The notes beneath the pieces are model-generated. The model made no database searches. It saw only the letters and a list, made by a program, of their open reading frames with translations, and was not told where the DNA came from. Positions 60,119-64,000 of a DNA stretch of 64,000 nucleotides are shown here, in pieces; position 1 is the stretch's first letter, and the number at the start of each line of letters is the position of its first letter. The stretch is from Carpediemonas membranifera BICM (Eukaryota; Protista; Fornicata), in the NCBI GenBank assembly GCA_019828565.1, contig JAHDYR010000014.1:1-64000 (forward strand). The letters are read 5' to 3'. A program made the translations under genes and the position numbers.

Positions 60119-61270
60119 ATGTCGGGTTCTGTTTGGGAGCCTTTGACGCTTAACAAGTTATCAATCAACAATCGCTGGATGCGTTCAGCAACATGGGAGG
60201 GGTTTGCTGCTCCAAACGGCGATATTACTCCCAAGCTTGTCGAATTCTACAAGGATCTCGCCAACGGTGGCCTTGGCTTGATTATAAGCTCACATACGTA
60301 CATTCGTCCCGATGGAGCTCTTGCTTTTGGCATGAGTGGCATCGTTGACGACGAGCAAGCAAAGACGCACATTCCACTCGTTGAGGCCGTTCATGCGGTT
60401 GATGGAGCGAAGATCGTCTGCCAAATCAACCATACCGGCGCACTCACAAGCACTGAGACCCCCATCTGCTGCTCTAAGCTTGACGACCAGCCCGAACTTC
60501 AAGCCATCATTGGCATCAAGCCCAACGCGCACGAACTCACCACAAAAGAGATGGAGGATCTTGAGGACGTATACGTCCGAGCTGCTGTGCGCTGCAAGAA
60601 CATTGCAGGCTACGACGGCGTTCAGTTCCACGGTGCACACCAGTATTTCATTGCCCAGACCTTGAGCGAGCTGACGAACCAGAGGACCGATGTTTACGGC
60701 CAGGACCGCAGTCTGTTCTTCACGAACGTCGTGAGAAAGACCAGAGAGGCAGTCGGGCCCGACTTCTTTTTGATGGCCAAGATCAACGGATCTGATTTCC
60801 TCGAGATTGACGGCAAGGCACGCGGGACAACGATTGAGTCAACTCTTGAGTATCTCAAGCCAGTGGCCGACCTTCTCGACGCCGTAGAGGTTAGCGGGGG
60901 TGGTGCCATCAAGGGCAGCGCCGCTCCCGGCCGCAAGGGAAACCTGTTCCCTGTGGCGAACCAAGGCTATCACACCGAGCAGGCTAAGACCATCAAGGAG
61001 AGGTTCGGGGAGAAGATGAAGGTCATCCTTGTTGGAGGAATCCGCACGCCCAAGGCAGCTAACAAATTCATCGACAGCGGCGTGTGTGACGCTGTTTCAA
61101 TGAGCAGACCGCTTATTGTGCAGCCGGATCTAATCAAAAGATTGAAGGCAGACCCGGAGGCTGATCGTGTCGCGTGTGTTAGCTGCAGCAAGTGTCACAC
61201 CAAGATTGTGGAGATGGGTGGCCTCGCTTGTGCCAACGACGCCGTTCTCAAGAAGCTAGGCCGCGAGTAA
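60119..61270 (+). CDS. NADH:flavin oxidoreductase, Old Yellow Enzyme family
   Basis: NRWMRSATWE, GGLGLII, QINHTG, GYDGVQFHGAHQY, NQRTDVYG, LVGGIR, MSRPLI..P; C-terminal CVSCSKC. Confidence 0.93.
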   Translation: MSGSVWEPLTLNKLSINNRWMRSATWEGFAAPNGDITPKLVEFYKDLANGGLGLIISSHTYIRPDGALAFGMSGIVDDEQAKTHIPLVEAVHAVDGAKIVCQINHTGALTSTETPICCSKLDDQPELQAIIGIKPNAHELTTKEMEDLEDVYVRAAVRCKNIAGYDGVQFHGAHQYFIAQTLSELTNQRTDVYGQDRSLFFTNVVRKTREAVGPDFFLMAKINGSDFLEIDGKARGTTIESTLEYLKPVADLLDAVEVSGGGAIKGSAAPGRKGNLFPVANQGYHTEQAKTIKERFGEKMKVILVGGIRTPKAANKFIDSGVCDAVSMSRPLIVQPDLIKRLKADPEADRVACVSCSKCHTKIVEMGGLACANDAVLKKLGRE

Positions 61271-61301
61271 TCCAATAAATTATAAAAAAATGCGTCGTTA
61301 T

Positions 61302-63014
61302 TTAAATACGTACGGCCATTGGGCCCGAATGGACCACTATAAACTCTCTTGAGTCGACCTGCACCTCTTCCAATCTCGTAAATGAGTCCGGCGTTGAAGT
61401 AGCAGCATAAGCCACACCCCACTCCCTGACGCACACCGCAAACCACTGACCGCCACCGTCTCTGAAAGTCAAGAACTGCCCAACGTGGGTCGACTCAAAA
61501 GGCAGAGTGAACTTGCCGGAGACTGCCGCCCAGCAGTGGGTGAGACCCTCTTCCACCCAGACAACGAGGTCCTCGTTGCAAAAGAAGGCCTTGACACTTG
61601 CAGAGAAGAGAAGCGGTTTGGCATCGTGACAGAGTGCCTTTGGCTGGTTTGAGTAGCTCGGCAACAGGCCCGACTGGGCGATGGGGTAGGGTACCCGACC
61701 CGCGAATAAAAGCTGGCGACCGCCGAGGAATATGTTGAAAGCACCATAACCACTTCCCAGCTCAGTGCCAGTCAACACTCCGTCGACAGGGAAAGTCAAA
61801 GGGACAAAGGCACTGACTATTGCCCGACTCGCCACAGCAGCTGGGCGAAGTCGCCTGGGTCTGAATCCGAAGCCAGGAACATAGCCGGCCTCATCGTCCG
61901 CCTCATCGTCGTCGTTATGGTCGTCATCGAGCACGGGACGAGGGTCAGTGTCACGAGCATTGGGGCTGCCGATGCCAAGCTGGCCAAAGTCGTTGACTCC
62001 AGCAATGAGCTGCCGATCAGCAGTGGTGAGAATGATTAGATCATTCTTGTTCAAAACCTGATCTGGGAAAAATCTATGAGGCACGTTGACTGGATAAAAT
62101 GAATCTGTATCTAATACATCCTTTGAGAACCAATCAACGCCATGGCCCGCGATTACCACCCCGGCGGGGGTGAACATTAATGTCCGGCCCCATCCAACTA
62201 CCAGGCAAGACACCAGACAGTGCTTCTGCCATGACGGCAGCCGCGACTCGTACGCCGCTACCTCTGGGCATTGGGGGAAGGTGACACGTGTGGGCAAGGT
62301 GATGTCTCCTCCCATTTCTTGAGGGAATCCGAGTTGGTGGCGTCGGTTCGATCCCCAGCCGAATAAACCCTTGGGAGTCACCCCAATAAAAGAGTTTTCA
62401 GAGGAATAGACGCGTAATACCCTTGGCGAGTGGGGAATGACCCAGCCCGCTGTGCGCTGGGGTCTGTTGATCAGAAGATGACCAGCGTACAAGCAGTAGG
62501 AGTCGTTGGTGAAGTCAAAGCACTCGCACACACCGTCCTTCTCAGAAACACGGTAGGAGAAGAGGAATTTCTTGCAGAGAAGCCACCCAGGGCATTCTGC
62601 GAGGTTGAGCGAGTTGAAACCATGAAGGAGGGTGGCCCACAGCGTGCCCTGGAGCAGGGTGTGCAGGGCGACCGGGAGCTCCTCGCCCTCTGCAAGCTCG
62701 ACGTTCATAGACAGCGGGGGGCCGTCTGTGAGGATGGACTGAGCGCGGTCGAGGAGGACTTGTGCTTTTGGTGCGAGAGGGGGAATTGCAGTGAGCATTA
62801 CGGAAAGCGTTTCGAGTGTAGCGCTGCTTTCTGGCGCTCTATGTATCTCCTGATCGCGGACCGAGGGCATAACTTGGTTGAAGTGCCGCGAGTAGGCGTG
62901 GCGAAGGAGAGAAGGAACGTCGCCAGGGATTTCGGCCGTCAAAACAACAGAAACATGGTAAACGGAGATTATTGCATCCTTCACATCATCTGGGGTGCTC
63001 TCAGCTGCATCCAT
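61302..63014 (-). CDS. RCC1/BLIP-II-like repeat protein
   Basis: LFGWGSNRRHQLG and AGVNDFGQLGIG repeats. Confidence 0.7.
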   Translation of the reverse strand: MDAAESTPDDVKDAIISVYHVSVVLTAEIPGDVPSLLRHAYSRHFNQVMPSVRDQEIHRAPESSATLETLSVMLTAIPPLAPKAQVLLDRAQSILTDGPPLSMNVELAEGEELPVALHTLLQGTLWATLLHGFNSLNLAECPGWLLCKKFLFSYRVSEKDGVCECFDFTNDSYCLYAGHLLINRPQRTAGWVIPHSPRVLRVYSSENSFIGVTPKGLFGWGSNRRHQLGFPQEMGGDITLPTRVTFPQCPEVAAYESRLPSWQKHCLVSCLVVGWGRTLMFTPAGVVIAGHGVDWFSKDVLDTDSFYPVNVPHRFFPDQVLNKNDLIILTTADRQLIAGVNDFGQLGIGSPNARDTDPRPVLDDDHNDDDEADDEAGYVPGFGFRPRRLRPAAVASRAIVSAFVPLTFPVDGVLTGTELGSGYGAFNIFLGGRQLLFAGRVPYPIAQSGLLPSYSNQPKALCHDAKPLLFSASVKAFFCNEDLVVWVEEGLTHCWAAVSGKFTLPFESTHVGQFLTFRDGGGQWFAVCVREWGVAYAATSTPDSFTRLEEVQVDSREFIVVHSGPMAVRI

Positions 63015-63509
63015 TCCACTGACCCCGACACGAGTGATGAGCTGACACTCGACTCACAGTCAGTCATCGTGCGGGCATGGCACTGACAGGTCGACCAGAA
63101 TGCTGATCATGCACGTGAACCGACTAACAAGTCTTAAAATTCCGCATTTTTGACTTGGCAGGGTAGGCGAAGGTTATGAAGGTCATGCTCAGCTGATTCG
63201 GCAAAAGCTCAGCGAGATGCCGCCATGGTATCGCAAGAAGACGCTGTTGTGGATGTGATGGCAGCATCCAGGTCATGCCCCATTCCAGGAAGCGAGGCAA
63301 TGCAATGATGGGGAAATGTGATTAATAGAGACGAAAAAATCGGTGTATGCCCTCAGCCTGCTGATTGCTTCGGGTTAAGACTGATTCTGTCATGCGCTTG
63401 CCGATTTGGTGTTCGATTTGGTGCGATCTTAAAGAAATCTACAGAACTTTTTTTCGTGCAAGACAAGAACCTCGTTCTAGTTTGTCCTTTCACGCCGCAA
63501 CTCACACAT

Positions 63510-64000
63510 ATGCCTCTCGTTCCTCTCAAGCAGATCCTCGACAACGCCATCGCCGGCGGCTACGGTGTCCCCGCTCTTAACGTCAACAACATGGAGGCCA
63601 TCCAGGCCATCTCTGCTGCTGCCAAGAAGGTCAAGTCCCCTCTTATCGTCCAGGCTTCCCGCGGTGCCCTCAAGTACACCAACCTCATCTACCTCAAGCA
63701 CCTCATGATGGCTGCCTCCGAGGAGAACCCCGAGATCCCTATGGCCCTTCACCTCGACCACGGCGACAACATCGAGTCCGTTAAGACCGCCATCGACCTC
63801 GGCTTCACCTCTGTCATGATCGACGCCTCCCACCACTCCTACGAGGAGAACGTCCGCATCACCAAGGAGGTCGTCGACTACGCTCACCAGTTCGGCGTCA
63901 CCGTCGAGGCTGAGCTCGGCACTCTCGGCGGCATCGAGGAGGATATCACCGGCGAGGTCCAGCTCACCGACCCCGACCAGGCCGAGGATTTCGTCAAGAC
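63510..64000 (+). CDS. fba: Fructose-1,6-bisphosphate aldolase class II (3' partial; absent from the ORF track)
   Basis: MPLVPLKQIL..YGVPALNVNN..ALHLDHGD..GFTSVMIDASH..VEAELGTLGGIEED; strongly biased codons. Confidence 0.96.
   Translation, partial: MPLVPLKQILDNAIAGGYGVPALNVNNMEAIQAISAAAKKVKSPLIVQASRGALKYTNLIYLKHLMMAASEENPEIPMALHLDHGDNIESVKTAIDLGFTSVMIDASHHSYEENVRITKEVVDYAHQFGVTVEAELGTLGGIEEDITGEVQLTDPDQAEDFVK

Noticed and set aside
63477-63887. Minus-strand 136-aa ORF
   Set aside because: Antisense of the aldolase gene.

Overview
Eukaryotic (protist) DNA; the class II aldolase at the right end resembles the Giardia enzyme, which suggests a fornicate/metamonad (inference). Bases 1-59557 are a head-to-tail, minus-strand array of single-ORF non-LTR retrotransposons (RT plus CCHC/PD-(D/E)xK restriction-like endonuclease, CRE/MoTeR/Cnl1-like). 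Three RT subfamilies (A, B, C) share one ~175-nt 5' leader and swap N-terminal modules. Two other elements are nested in the array. The first is a 5'-deleted DIRS-type tyrosine-recombinase retrotransposon (12768-16246). The second, and the main find, is a 21,217-bp DNA transposon (26594-47810) with perfect 56-bp TIRs (CATG...CATG) and a 2-bp GG target duplication, inserted in the RT of one retroelement. It encodes a CMC/Chapaev/Transib(RAG1)-like DDE transposase. Its cargo is a SET methyltransferase, an OTU-like protease, a Ser/Thr kinase, HEPN-motif proteins, an integrase-core-binding-like protein, and five copies of a ~0.65-kb cassette containing an apparent captured Argonaute/PIWI fragment; four of the five copies lie between convergent genes. 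This looks like a candidate transposon-borne anti-silencing system. Host genes follow the array: an OYE-family flavin oxidoreductase, an RCC1-like protein and class II FBA (partial). Many single-base homopolymer indels in the repeats are probably long-read errors. All domain calls are from motif recognition, not database searches.
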